Assembly: GCA_036745245.1 (NCBI GenBank)
Contig: DAIOGN010000004.1
Location: 1-48,471, forward strand
Length of the DNA stretch: 48,471 nt
DNA from: Candidatus Zixiibacteriota bacterium
GTDB lineage: Bacteria; Zixibacteria; MSB-5A5; JAUVRN01
Reading direction: 5' to 3'
Shown: in pieces, positions 1 through 9,457 of the stretch
Numbering within the stretch: position 1 is the first letter of the stretch
How the letters are laid out: the number at the start of each line of letters is the position of its first letter
Program-made: the position numbers and the translations under genes
Notes under the pieces: generated by a model
What the model was told of the DNA's origin: nothing
The model's database searches: none
Seen by the model: the letters and a program-made list of their open reading frames with translations, nothing else

Positions 1-1480
1 GCTGGCCCACTACGGCCCCGGTGGGCTTGTCGTTGATGTAGAAGTTGCCGGCAGCGAAACGCAGCGCGCGTTCGGCTTGGGCGATGGCAATACGGTCTTG
101 CGCGAAAATGGCCCCTGTGAGTGCGTAGGGTGAAGTTTCGTCACACACCTTGAGCGTTTTGGCGAAGTCGGCGTCCTTGTACACGTACACCGTGAGCACG
201 GGGCCGAAGATCTCTTCCTCCATCAGCTTGAAGTGCGGATCGGTGGTGAGAACCAGCGTGGGCTCGATGAAGTAGCCCTTGGCTTTGTTGTAACGCCCTC
301 CCGCCAGAATCTTCGCGCGCTTCGCTTTGCGGGCGTAGTCGATGAATCCTGAAATCGAATCGAACGCGCCCGCGTCGATCACCGCGTTCACGAAATTGCG
401 GTGGTCCTCCGGATCGCCTACCGCCAGGCCCTTGATCTGTTGCACCAGCGGCTTCTGGATCTTCTGCCACACCGACTCGGCAATGTAGCAGCGCGAGGCC
501 GCGGAACACTTCTGCCCCTGAAACTCGTAGGCGCCGCGGATCATGGCGGTGACCAGCGCCTCGGCGTCGGCGGAGGGATGAGCCAGGATGAAGTCCTTCC
601 CGCCCGTTTCGCCCACGATGCGCGGGTAGTTCTTGTAGGCGGCGATGCTGGCGCCCACGGTCTTCCACATGTTGTGGAATACCGCCGTGGAGCCTGTAAA
701 GTGTATTCCCGCAAGATTCGGATTCTTCAGCACCAGCTCGCCGATTTGCGCACCCGGGGCCAGGATCAGGTTGATCACCCCCGCCGGCAGTCCGGCCTCC
801 AGCAGGATGCGCATGATGAGATGCGACGTGTACACCGCCGTGGACGCGGGCTTCCACAGGGCCACGTTGCCCATCATGGCAGGTGCGGTGGGCAGATTGC
901 CGTTGATGGAAACGAAATTAAACGGCGTCACCGCAAAGATGAATCCCTCCAGCGGGCGATGCTCGGTGCGGTTCCACATTCCGGGAGAACTCTCCGGCTG
1001 GAAGCTGTAGATCTGCTGCATGAAGTGTGCATTGAACCGCCAGAAGTCCACCAGCTCGCAGACGCTGTCGATTTCCGCCTGGAAGATGTTTTTGGAATGT
1101 GCCAGCATGGTGGCGGCGTTCATGGTGTGGCGGTAGGGGCCGGCCAGGAGATCGGCTGCTTTGAGGAAGATGGCAGCGCGATGTTCCCACGGCATGTCCA
1201 TCCAGGCCCTCTGCGCCTTCAGCGCGGCGGCCACGGCGGCTTTGATTTCGGCGGCGCCTCCCTGGTGGTAGTGCGCCAGCACCAGCTTGTGGTTGTGCGG
1301 CGAAGGTATCGCAATGCGCTTCCCGGTAGCGACCGCCTTGCCCCCAATGACCAGGGGGATTTCCAGCGGCTGCTTCTTTAGGCCCGCCAGGGCTGCTTTG
1401 AGCGCAGCGTGATCGGGCGAGCCGGGCACGTAGCTGCGCACGGGCTCATTCTTCGGGACCGGGACCTTAAACGTACTCAC
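1..1480 (-). CDS. pruA: L-glutamate gamma-semialdehyde (1-pyrroline-5-carboxylate) dehydrogenase, ALDH4A1/PruA type; C-terminus runs off the left edge
   Basis: Minus-strand frame is open from the window edge to GTG at 1478-1480, with GGAGGA 8 nt upstream. Hand translation (VSTFKVPVPKNEPVRSY..WKPAS..FTGS..GETGGKDF..EFQGQKCSAASR..EEIFGPV..GNFYINDKPTGAVVGQ) is collinear with ALDH4A1-type P5C dehydrogenases. Missing from the ORF track because no stop lies in the window. Confidence 0.9.
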   Translation of the reverse strand, partial: MSTFKVPVPKNEPVRSYVPGSPDHAALKAALAGLKKQPLEIPLVIGGKAVATGKRIAIPSPHNHKLVLAHYHQGGAAEIKAAVAAALKAQRAWMDMPWEHRAAIFLKAADLLAGPYRHTMNAATMLAHSKNIFQAEIDSVCELVDFWRFNAHFMQQIYSFQPESSPGMWNRTEHRPLEGFIFAVTPFNFVSINGNLPTAPAMMGNVALWKPASTAVYTSHLIMRILLEAGLPAGVINLILAPGAQIGELVLKNPNLAGIHFTGSTAVFHNMWKTVGASIAAYKNYPRIVGETGGKDFILAHPSADAEALVTAMIRGAYEFQGQKCSAASRCYIAESVWQKIQKPLVQQIKGLAVGDPEDHRNFVNAVIDAGAFDSISGFIDYARKAKRAKILAGGRYNKAKGYFIEPTLVLTTDPHFKLMEEEIFGPVLTVYVYKDADFAKTLKVCDETSPYALTGAIFAQDRIAIAQAERALRFAAGNFYINDKPTGAVVGQ

Positions 1481-1512
1481 AGTTTCATTCCTCCACGCGG
1501 ATCGCCGACGTC

Positions 1513-1980
1513 TCAGCCACCCGGCTTCACCACCATTAGATAGATGATCAGCGCCGTCACCAGGAAGTCGCTCCACGCGTACGCCGCCAGAATACCGGCG
1601 AGCGGCTTCAATTCATCGGTTTCCTTCACCCCAGAGTCGGCCAGTTCCTGCGCTCGCTGCCGGATCTTACGCGTAGCCGGCGCGGCCATCATCATGCCCG
1701 CCAGCACCATGACGAGCGTGGCCACCAGCGCAGTCAGAAGCCATGGCCGCGTGAGCGAGTGCCCCAGCATGTGCGAGAGGCCGATGCCAAAGATGATGGT
1801 AAGTGCGGCGGCCGGCATGAGCACCGCTCGCGCCACCAGCGAGCGGAGGGAAGCCAGCTGCACAATGGCTGCGGTGTTGCGCACGCAGCGCAGTCGAAGG
1901 CTCACGATGTGCGTCGCGCCTGCTCCCGCCATCAGGGCGAAGGCGAAGAGAAAGTGAAAGTATCTCATGACTTCGTGCAT
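1513..1980 (-). CDS. small integral membrane protein (DUF2269-like)
   Basis: ATG at 1980 chosen (MHEVMRYFHFLFAFALMAGAG..). About four hydrophobic helices. The longer track ORF (to 2118) would overlap the upstream peptidase gene. Confidence 0.6.
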   Translation of the reverse strand: MHEVMRYFHFLFAFALMAGAGATHIVSLRLRCVRNTAAIVQLASLRSLVARAVLMPAAALTIIFGIGLSHMLGHSLTRPWLLTALVATLVMVLAGMMMAAPATRKIRQRAQELADSGVKETDELKPLAGILAAYAWSDFLVTALIIYLMVVKPGG

Positions 1981-2029
1981 TTGTTTCTCGTCCTCTCCCT
2001 CGTCGTCTCCGCGCACGCGAGCGACTTGT

Positions 2030-4156
2030 TCACTTGTTGATTCCCACCAGATCCAGAAGGTACGCGTACATAAACGCGTACTCCCGGTACTGTTTGTACC
2101 GCCCCGAGACGCCGCCATGCCCTGCTTCCATCTCGGTTTTCATGAGCAGTCGATGTGAGTCGGTCCTGGTGGCGCGCAGCTTGGCCACCCACTTGGCCGG
2201 TTCCCAGTATTGCACCTGTGAATCGTGCAGGCCGGTGAGCACCAATAGCGGCGGGTAGTTCTTCGCCGCGACATTGTCGTAGGGCGAGTACGACATCATG
2301 TACTCGTAGTACGTCGAGTCCGCCGGATTGCCCCACTCATCCCACTCGTTGGCCGTGAGCGGTATCGACGCGTCGAGCATGGTGTTGATCACGTCCACGT
2401 AGGGAACGTCGGCCACCAGTCCAGCCCACAGATCGGGCCGCAGGTTGTGCACCGCGCCGATGAGAAGCCCGCCGGCCGAACCGCCGTAGCCGAACAGCCC
2501 GTTCGAGCTTGCGTATCCTTCGCTCTTCAAATACTCGCCGCAGTCGATGAAGTCGTAAAACGTGTTCATCTTCTGGAGCTGCCGGCCGTTTTCATACCAC
2601 TCGCGCCCCAGCTCCTGGCCGCCGCGAATATGAGCGATGGCGTACACGAAACCGCGGTCGATCAACGACAGGCGGATGGCGCTGAACGTGGCATCGGTGG
2701 AGAGGCCGTAGGCTCCGTAACCGTAGAGAAGCAGCGGATTGGAGCCGTCCTTCCTGAACTTGTCCTTCCGATACACGAGCGAAATGGGCACACGGGCGCC
2801 GTCGCGCGCCGGGGCGTACAGACGCTCGGTGGTGTAGTTGTTCTTATCGAAGCCGCCCAGCACCTCGGTCACCTTGAGAAGGGTGCTCTCCCGACGGCCC
2901 AGATCGTAGTCGAACACCGAGCGGGGCGTCGTCATGGAGGTGTACGTGTATCGGAAGATTGGCGTATCGTATGTGTAGTTGTCGGTGCGGAACACATCGT
3001 AGGTAGGCTCGCCGAAGTCGATGTAGTAGTCGTCACCCGACGCCTGTCGCACGCGAAACTTGAGCAGACCGTCCTGGCGCTCGATCACCACCGTGTGCTG
3101 CCGGAAGAGTTCATAGCCTTCGAGGTACACCTCGGGACGATGGGCGATTTCCTCTTTCCATTTCGCGGTCTGGCCTGTCTCACCGGGGCCGCACGACATC
3201 AGGCGGAAGTTCTTCGCGTCGAGATTGGTGCGGATGTAGAAGCGATCGCCGTGATCCACTGAGTACTCGTGGCCCGACGTCCGTGGGAGAAACACCTGGA
3301 AGGCGCCCGCCGGGGTGCTCGCATCGAGAAACCGAACTTCATCGGCCAGAGTCTGCTGGCTGTGAATGAAGATGTACTGGCGCGACTTCGACTTTTCCAC
3401 CCAGGTGTAATAGGTTTCGTCGGCCTCGGTGTACAGGAGCTCATCCTTGCTCGCGTCGGTGCCCAGCGTGTGGCGATAGATCCGATCCCAGCGCAATGTG
3501 GCAGTGTCGCGGTCGGAATAGAAAACCGTCTTGTTGTCGGCCGCCCACACGAGGTTTCCGGTGATGTCGGGAATCACATCGGGCAACAACTCGCCTGTGG
3601 TCATGTCCTTGAAGTAGACCGAATACCCTCTGCGACCCACGGTATCCACGCCGTACGCCAACAGCTTGTGATCGGGGCTGGGATCGATCCCCGACACATC
3701 ATAGTAGCCGTGGCTTCCCGCCAGCATGTTCACGTCGAGCAGGATCTGCTCGGGAGCCTCAAGCGTCCCCTGCTTGCGGCAGTAGAGGCTGTACTCCTGG
3801 CCGTCCACCTGGCGGGTGTAATAGAAGTAGTCGTCGTAACGATAGGGCACCGACTGGTCGTCCTGCTTGATGCGGCCCTTGATCTCCTGGAACAGCTCCT
3901 CCTGAAAGGGAACCGTGTGCTTCATCATGGCGTCGGTGTACGCGTTCTCCGCCTCCAGGTAGGCGATCACCTTGGGATTCTCGCGTTCACGCAGCCAGAA
4001 GTAATTGTCGACGCGGGTCTGACCGTGCTCGGTCATGGACTTGGGAATCACCTCGGCCTTCGGAGGCACGGGCACCGACTCGGCCAGTGCGCTTCGCTTC
4101 GGAGCGGCGATCGCCAGTGCGGCGACAAGGATCAGAATGGAACGATTGCAGTTCAT
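2030..4156 (-). CDS. ptrB: S9A serine peptidase, oligopeptidase B / prolyl oligopeptidase family, secreted
   Basis: 708-aa ORF with a signal peptide. N-terminal propeller region (RVDNYFWLRERENP, EAENAYT) and C-terminal alpha/beta-hydrolase with nucleophile elbow GYGGSAGG. Confidence 0.9.
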   Translation of the reverse strand: MNCNRSILILVAALAIAAPKRSALAESVPVPPKAEVIPKSMTEHGQTRVDNYFWLRERENPKVIAYLEAENAYTDAMMKHTVPFQEELFQEIKGRIKQDDQSVPYRYDDYFYYTRQVDGQEYSLYCRKQGTLEAPEQILLDVNMLAGSHGYYDVSGIDPSPDHKLLAYGVDTVGRRGYSVYFKDMTTGELLPDVIPDITGNLVWAADNKTVFYSDRDTATLRWDRIYRHTLGTDASKDELLYTEADETYYTWVEKSKSRQYIFIHSQQTLADEVRFLDASTPAGAFQVFLPRTSGHEYSVDHGDRFYIRTNLDAKNFRLMSCGPGETGQTAKWKEEIAHRPEVYLEGYELFRQHTVVIERQDGLLKFRVRQASGDDYYIDFGEPTYDVFRTDNYTYDTPIFRYTYTSMTTPRSVFDYDLGRRESTLLKVTEVLGGFDKNNYTTERLYAPARDGARVPISLVYRKDKFRKDGSNPLLLYGYGAYGLSTDATFSAIRLSLIDRGFVYAIAHIRGGQELGREWYENGRQLQKMNTFYDFIDCGEYLKSEGYASSNGLFGYGGSAGGLLIGAVHNLRPDLWAGLVADVPYVDVINTMLDASIPLTANEWDEWGNPADSTYYEYMMSYSPYDNVAAKNYPPLLVLTGLHDSQVQYWEPAKWVAKLRATRTDSHRLLMKTEMEAGHGGVSGRYKQYREYAFMYAYLLDLVGINK

Positions 4157-4211
4157 AGCAGGGCTCTTCCTCGACAGGCAGAGTGCAATATCGCGAAGGA
4201 CAGAAGCGGCG

Positions 4212-5774
4212 TCAACGCGGCTCTACAATGGCCCCGTTCACCATTCGGCGGATCGAGAGCGGGTTCCCTTCCTTCAACTCATCGGGCAGGAGAAGATTCG
4301 GAAAGCCCTGGTAACAGACGGGACGTACAAAGCGCAAGATGGAGCGCGTGCCAACCGAAGTGGAACGTCCATCGACGGTGGCGGGGTACGGGCCTCCGTG
4401 CACTATCGCCGGACCCACCTCCACTCCCGTGGGAACGCCGTTGAGGATGAGCCGGCCGGCTCGTGTTTCGAGCACGTGGAGAAGGTCCGCGTGCTGGGCC
4501 CATTCCGTGGCCTCTCCGTGCACCGTCGCGGTGAGCTGACCCTCGAGGCTGCGTGCTATCTTCAGCATGTCCTCACGAGTGTTGCACTCCACGATCAACG
4601 TGCTGGGGCCGAAGACTTCGGCCGCGAGGGCGGGGTCGTGAGTGAACGCCGCACCCGAAACGCGCCAGAGGGCCGCGCCAGAATCCTGCGACGTCAGGCG
4701 CCTGACGCCTGCTTTCGCGGAGAGCCGGTCCAGCCCCTCGCGATAGGCGTGCTCGATTCCGGAGTTCAACATCACGCCTGGCTGCGTGGCTGTCATGCGT
4801 GCGGCGAGCCGCTCGATCAAGCGCTCGAGATCTGGCGAACGAAGTGCAATCACCAATCCGGGGCAGGTGCACATCTGTCCCAGGCTTAGGGTGACCGAGG
4901 CGTGCAGAGATGTGGCGATCTCTGAGGCGCGCGCAGCCAAAGCACTCGGTAGAATGAACACGGGATTGACGCTGCTCATCTCGGCAAACACAGGAATCGG
5001 CTCGGGGCGAGCCGCAGCGATTTTTGCCAGCGCCAGTCCTCCGGCTCGTGAACCGGTGAAGCCAACAGCTTTCACCAGTGGGTGTGCCACCAGAGCGCGG
5101 CCCACTTCGTATCCTGAGTCGAAGAGCAGAGAAAACACACCCTCGTGCAGGCCGCACTCCCGCACGGCTTCGGACACGGCAAGGCCCGCCAGTTCGGAGG
5201 TGCCTGGGTGCGCAGGATGTGCTTTGACAATCACGGGGCAGCCGGCCGCAAGGGCGGAGGCCGTGTCGCCTCCGGCCACCGAATAGGCGAGCGGAAAGTT
5301 GGCGGCGCCGAACACCGCCACGGGGCCGGTAGGGCGAAGCATCGAACGCACGTCGGGTTTGGGTGCGGGTGTGCGCGCCGGATCGCCGGAATCGATGCGT
5401 GCGTCCACCCAGGATCCCTCCTCGACCATTCCCGCGAACAGTCGAAGCTGGCCCGTGGTGCGGGCGGCTTCGGCTCGCACCCGTGCTTCCGGCAAGCCTG
5501 TCTCCAGTGGAGTGCGAGCGACAAAGTCGTCCACAATCGCATCGAGTCGATCTGCAATTGCGCGCAGAAATGCGCCGCGGGCTTTGCCAGGGGAGCTGCC
5601 GAATTCCTGAAACGCGGCGTACGCGGCTTGCACGGCCGCATCCACTTCGGCCGGCCCCACCGAATGGTACGCGGGTTCAATGGACTCGCCGGAATCGGGA
5701 CGCACGGCATGGAACGCGGTGCCGCATCCGGGCGTGGACCGGCCGGCGACGATGGAACAGGCCTTGAGGCTCAT
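4212..5774 (-). CDS. NADP-dependent aldehyde dehydrogenase, alpha-ketoglutarate semialdehyde (2,5-dioxovalerate) dehydrogenase type
   Basis: 520-aa ALDH-superfamily ORF. Length and context match KGSADH. Start overlaps the upstream stop by 4 nt (ATGA at 5771-5774). Confidence 0.8.
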   Translation of the reverse strand: MSLKACSIVAGRSTPGCGTAFHAVRPDSGESIEPAYHSVGPAEVDAAVQAAYAAFQEFGSSPGKARGAFLRAIADRLDAIVDDFVARTPLETGLPEARVRAEAARTTGQLRLFAGMVEEGSWVDARIDSGDPARTPAPKPDVRSMLRPTGPVAVFGAANFPLAYSVAGGDTASALAAGCPVIVKAHPAHPGTSELAGLAVSEAVRECGLHEGVFSLLFDSGYEVGRALVAHPLVKAVGFTGSRAGGLALAKIAAARPEPIPVFAEMSSVNPVFILPSALAARASEIATSLHASVTLSLGQMCTCPGLVIALRSPDLERLIERLAARMTATQPGVMLNSGIEHAYREGLDRLSAKAGVRRLTSQDSGAALWRVSGAAFTHDPALAAEVFGPSTLIVECNTREDMLKIARSLEGQLTATVHGEATEWAQHADLLHVLETRAGRLILNGVPTGVEVGPAIVHGGPYPATVDGRSTSVGTRSILRFVRPVCYQGFPNLLLPDELKEGNPLSIRRMVNGAIVEPR

Positions 5775-6673
5775 GACCGTGCGAGGTCGGGACGGCGGGA
5801 CAACACACCGCGGATCATGGCCTGCGCCTTGGCTAGCTCGCCGCCATCGAGTTGAAGGCGGGGTGCGCGCACCATGGCCGAGCCCATGCCCGCCTCGCGC
5901 TGCATGAGTTTGATCAACTGCACGAATTTGGGCACGGCGTCCATGTTCAGAAGCGGCAGGAGCCAGTCGTAGTAGAGGCGCGTGCGTTCTTCATCGCGTT
6001 TCGTCACGGCCTCGAACAACGCCACGCACTCGCGGGGCAATGCGTTGGCCACGCCGGCAATCCAACCGCGCGCGCCGGAGTGCACGCCCGTAACCACGAG
6101 CGGGTCCAGGCCCACCAGCAGAGTCAGCTTACTCCCCACCTGTGTGCGAAGCGCAGCGATGCGCCGCACGTCGGTGGACGATTCCTTGACGGCCTCCAGT
6201 TGAGGCACTTCCTCGGCCAGTTCGAGCACCTGTTCCGGCAGAAAGTCGGTGGTGTAGGCGACCGGGTTATTATAGAGGAGACACGGCAACGGTGTGGATT
6301 CCATCACCGTCTTCACGTGCGCCTTCATCTCCCTCCAGTCGGTGGAGTACACGTAGGGCGGTAACACCATCAGCCCCTGGCAGCCGGCCTCCACTGCGGC
6401 GTGTGCCACCGCTACGGCTTCCCGGGTCGACAACGCCGACACCGTGGCGATGACGGGCGCCCTGCCCGACACGGCTTCCACGCACGTGCGCAACACCGCA
6501 CGTTTCTCGGAGAGATCGAGCGTGGCGCCCTCTCCCAGTGAGCCCAGGGGCACCACGCCGGTGCACCCGTTGTCCAGAAGCCAGGCGACGTGCCGCGTGA
6601 GGAATTCAAAGTCGACGTCGCCACCCGTTGAAAATGGCGTCGTGACAGCTGGGATGACTCCGGTCCAGTTCAT
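5771..6673 (-). CDS. DapA/DHDPS-family lyase, probable delta1-pyrroline-4-hydroxy-2-carboxylate deaminase
   Basis: 300-aa DapA-family ORF (GVIPAVTTPF.., GVVPLGSLGE). Lies between the FAD oxidase and KGSADH genes, with ATGA overlaps on both sides. Confidence 0.8.
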   Translation of the reverse strand: MNWTGVIPAVTTPFSTGGDVDFEFLTRHVAWLLDNGCTGVVPLGSLGEGATLDLSEKRAVLRTCVEAVSGRAPVIATVSALSTREAVAVAHAAVEAGCQGLMVLPPYVYSTDWREMKAHVKTVMESTPLPCLLYNNPVAYTTDFLPEQVLELAEEVPQLEAVKESSTDVRRIAALRTQVGSKLTLLVGLDPLVVTGVHSGARGWIAGVANALPRECVALFEAVTKRDEERTRLYYDWLLPLLNMDAVPKFVQLIKLMQREAGMGSAMVRAPRLQLDGGELAKAQAMIRGVLSRRPDLARS

Positions 6674-7926
6674 GAGTTGTAACGATCGGGGTTGAGCAGT
6701 GTGAGATCAAGGTCGGGCGTGCGCCCGGAGATCAGTTGGGCCACGATGCGCCCGCTGACGGGCCCCAGGCTGAGCCCCATCATGGCATGCCCGCAGGCGA
6801 TCGTGAGGTTGTCGTAGCGCGCGGCTCGCCCCAGATAAGGGAGGCCATCGGGTGTGCAGGGGCGCAGTCCGCACCAGGGCGTGATTCCCTTGAAGTCCGC
6901 CTCGGTGAACTGAGGGTAGTACCTCATGGCCGTTTTGCGGATGCCGGAAAGGCGTGAGGGATTGATGTGCAGGTTGAGCCCCGCCATTTCCATGGTGCCG
7001 GCGAAGCGGAGCCCTTGGCCCATGGGAGTCACGGCCACGCGGCCCTCCACAAGGATGGCGCCCTTCCGTGGAGACACGCGCGGTTCGTCCAGCGTGAGGT
7101 TGTAGCCTTTGCCCGCCTCGAGAGGCAGCCGCACCGACAGGCCCGTGGTAACGGCCCGGCTCCAGGAGCCGCCACAGAGCACAAACTCGTCCCCTGAAAG
7201 TTCCTCCCCAGGGACGGCCAGGGCCTGCACGCGCCTGCCGTTCGTACTAAAGCCGTTCACCTGTGTGTTCCACTTGAACTTCGCCCCCGCCCCAACGGCA
7301 AGATTCCGCAACGCCGTCATGAAGCGCGCCGGGTCCATGTGTGCATCCTGAAGATAGTGCACCGCGCCCACGATATTCATCTCGAGGCCGGGCTCCTGCG
7401 ACTTCGCCTCGCGGGCATCGAGCACGTTCACTTCAAGCCCGAGGCGTCTGGCCTGCGTAGCCGTGGCGGCTTCTTCGTCCAGTCCCCGCTGGGTGTGGCA
7501 CAGGAGGAGCACGCCTTCCTTCACCAGGCCGAACGCATCACCGGTGCGCTGGGCCAACTCCCCGAAGAGCACGCGGCTGTGCAGATTCAGATCGCGGATG
7601 ATGGGTGCCGCGGCGGCCGCTTGCCGCGCGGACGCGGCGCGATAGAACTTCCAGGCCCAATCGAGAAACTGCAGATCCATGCGCGGCCTGACATAGAACG
7701 GGCTTTCGGGATTCCACATCCAGCGCACCGCACGGCCGATCATCCCCGGAGCTGCGAGGGGCACAATGTGCGAAGGAACCACGAGCCCCGCGTTCCCCCA
7801 CGAACAGCCGTGGTGGTTTTCGCTCTCGCGGTCCACCACCAGCACGTCGTGTCCTTCAAGCGCTGAATAGTAGGCGGTACACAGGCCGATCACGCCTGCG
7901 CCCAGCACGACCACGCGGCGGCTCAT
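6670..7926 (-). CDS. FAD-dependent D-amino-acid/D-hydroxyproline dehydrogenase (DAO family)
   Basis: 418 aa. N-terminal Rossmann motif VVVLGAGVIGLCTAYY..D. Translationally coupled in the hydroxyproline cluster. Confidence 0.8.
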   Translation of the reverse strand: MSRRVVVLGAGVIGLCTAYYSALEGHDVLVVDRESENHHGCSWGNAGLVVPSHIVPLAAPGMIGRAVRWMWNPESPFYVRPRMDLQFLDWAWKFYRAASARQAAAAAPIIRDLNLHSRVLFGELAQRTGDAFGLVKEGVLLLCHTQRGLDEEAATATQARRLGLEVNVLDAREAKSQEPGLEMNIVGAVHYLQDAHMDPARFMTALRNLAVGAGAKFKWNTQVNGFSTNGRRVQALAVPGEELSGDEFVLCGGSWSRAVTTGLSVRLPLEAGKGYNLTLDEPRVSPRKGAILVEGRVAVTPMGQGLRFAGTMEMAGLNLHINPSRLSGIRKTAMRYYPQFTEADFKGITPWCGLRPCTPDGLPYLGRAARYDNLTIACGHAMMGLSLGPVSGRIVAQLISGRTPDLDLTLLNPDRYNS

Positions 7927-8858
7927 GCGCGGGACAATCCGTAACGGTAGGGATCGCGCGGGTCGAGAATCAACGTGGATGTGCCATTCACGTAGGCGCG
8001 GCCGGTAATGGTGGGAAGGAGGCGTGAACCATCACGACGGTACGATGCGGAGAACGCGCTGCCCGTGATGCTCTCCTGGACCCACACTTCGCCTTCGCGC
8101 AGCGAACCTTCCTCCGCCAGGCAGGCGATGCGGGCACATGTGCCCGTTCCACACGGCGAGCGATCGTAGGCGAGCCCGGGGCACAGCACAAAATTCCGGC
8201 TGTTGGCGTCGGGGCGTCGCGGCGGGCCCGACAATTCCACGTGATCCACCTCCGGGAAGCCAGCCGTCTGCACGGCGCGAAGGACGCGCGAGGTGTACTC
8301 GGTGAGCGCGGGCGCGTTGGAGAGTTCGAGCGACTGCCCGTGTTCCTCCATGAGGAAAAACCAGTTTCCCCCCCAGGCGACATCGCCTGTCACCGTTCCC
8401 AGCCCGGGCACGTCCACCGCCACGGCGTGGGCCTTGCGGTACGCCGGCACGTTTTCCACCGACACCTCGCCCGACTCGCGAAGCACCGTGCGTACCACAC
8501 CGGCGGGCGTCTCAATACGGTACGCTCCCGGCACGATCCGGCCCAGGTGCACGAGCGTAACGACCACCCCCATGGTGCCGTGCCCGCACATGTTGAGATA
8601 GCCGGCATTATTGAAGAAAATCACAGCCGTCACGCAGTCGCTGTTCGCAGGCGGGCACAGAAGCGCTCCCACGTATACGTCGGATCCGCGTGGCTCCATC
8701 ACCACGGCGCGTCGCACGTGGTCGAACGAAGTGCGAAAGCGTTCTCGCCGGTCCGTGAGCGGGCCCGGGCCCAGGTCCGGCCCGCCGCGCACGATCACGC
8801 GCGTGGGCTCGCCCTCGGTGTGGGAGTCCACGACGTCGATCGTTTCAACAGAGGGCAT
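7923..8858 (-). CDS. proline racemase family protein, probable 4-hydroxyproline 2-epimerase
   Basis: 311 aa. Both catalytic Cys motifs are present (NMCGHG and DRSPCGTGT), i.e. the Cys/Cys epimerase/racemase class. The Hyp-pathway context favours the epimerase. Confidence 0.85.
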   Translation of the reverse strand: MPSVETIDVVDSHTEGEPTRVIVRGGPDLGPGPLTDRRERFRTSFDHVRRAVVMEPRGSDVYVGALLCPPANSDCVTAVIFFNNAGYLNMCGHGTMGVVVTLVHLGRIVPGAYRIETPAGVVRTVLRESGEVSVENVPAYRKAHAVAVDVPGLGTVTGDVAWGGNWFFLMEEHGQSLELSNAPALTEYTSRVLRAVQTAGFPEVDHVELSGPPRRPDANSRNFVLCPGLAYDRSPCGTGTCARIACLAEEGSLREGEVWVQESITGSAFSASYRRDGSRLLPTITGRAYVNGTSTLILDPRDPYRYGLSRA

Positions 8859-8882
8859 GCGACGGGCTCGCTCGGCGTGGCT

Positions 8883-9305
8883 TCAGGAACTCTCGCCCCA
8901 GGCTCCCGTGGGAATGGGCGTGATGTGCGAACCGGCCTGAATCCAGTGACCGTTCTCCCGGCGATAGATGTCCACCGAGCGCAAAGGCAGCTCATGGTCA
9001 GACCCTGACGCATCACTGTAGTCGTAGCGCGCCACGTAGTATACCACGGCCACATCCCCGTACAGTTGAATTTCGGAATCCAGGATTTCGTAGCCCGTTC
9101 CCGTAAACGTCTCAAGCGATTTCTCGGCGTTGTGCATGTAGTCTTCGATGCCGCGCTCGATTCGTCTGCTGGGGCCCTGAAATCCGGTCCAGTCGGCTGT
9201 GTGCGTATTGCGGATCGTCTTGAGATCGCGGTCTACGTAGGCCTGAAAGATGGAGCGAATGTGCGCGAGAATTTCCTGGCGATCTCGCTGTGTGGCTGGT
9301 GACAT
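8883..9305 (-). CDS. NTF2-like (SnoaL/DUF4440-like) small protein
   Basis: Internal ATG at 9305 chosen (MSPATQRDRQEILAHIRSIFQAYVDRD..). The upstream part of the track ORF is Arg/Pro-rich, low complexity. Lies 24 nt upstream of the epimerase gene. Confidence 0.55.
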   Translation of the reverse strand: MSPATQRDRQEILAHIRSIFQAYVDRDLKTIRNTHTADWTGFQGPSRRIERGIEDYMHNAEKSLETFTGTGYEILDSEIQLYGDVAVVYYVARYDYSDASGSDHELPLRSVDIYRRENGHWIQAGSHITPIPTGAWGESS

Positions 9306-9457
9306 GAGAGCTTCTCCCGATTGAGGTGAGCGCAGTTGCGTCCCGAGTGACAATGTCCGATGAGTCGCGACCTCGGACAAGACCCACTTCCGGGACCGTA
9401 CGGCCATGGGCTGGGCGCTTGCCCGCCGCCTTGCCGGCTTTCTAACTTGCGCCTCAG

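Noticed and set aside
401-1381. Long ORFs on the + strand (401-1381, 645-1010) and a second minus frame (141-857) inside the pruA region
   Set aside because: Their translations are Arg/Gly/His-rich low-complexity sequence typical of shadow frames in high-GC DNA. The minus-strand frame ending at GTG 1480 gives a full-length ALDH4A1-like sequence.
9306-9457. Possible M-box (ykoK) Mg2+ riboswitch upstream of mgtE. Short resemblances seen: GAGGTGAGCGC, AATGTCC, GCTGGGCGCTTGCCC, CTAAC.
   Set aside because: The strongly conserved M-box core (AAUGGGUCAACAG-type segment and P1 GUUAG/CUAAC pairing) is not present. The 152-nt gap must also hold two divergent promoters. A cmsearch with the M-box model would settle it.
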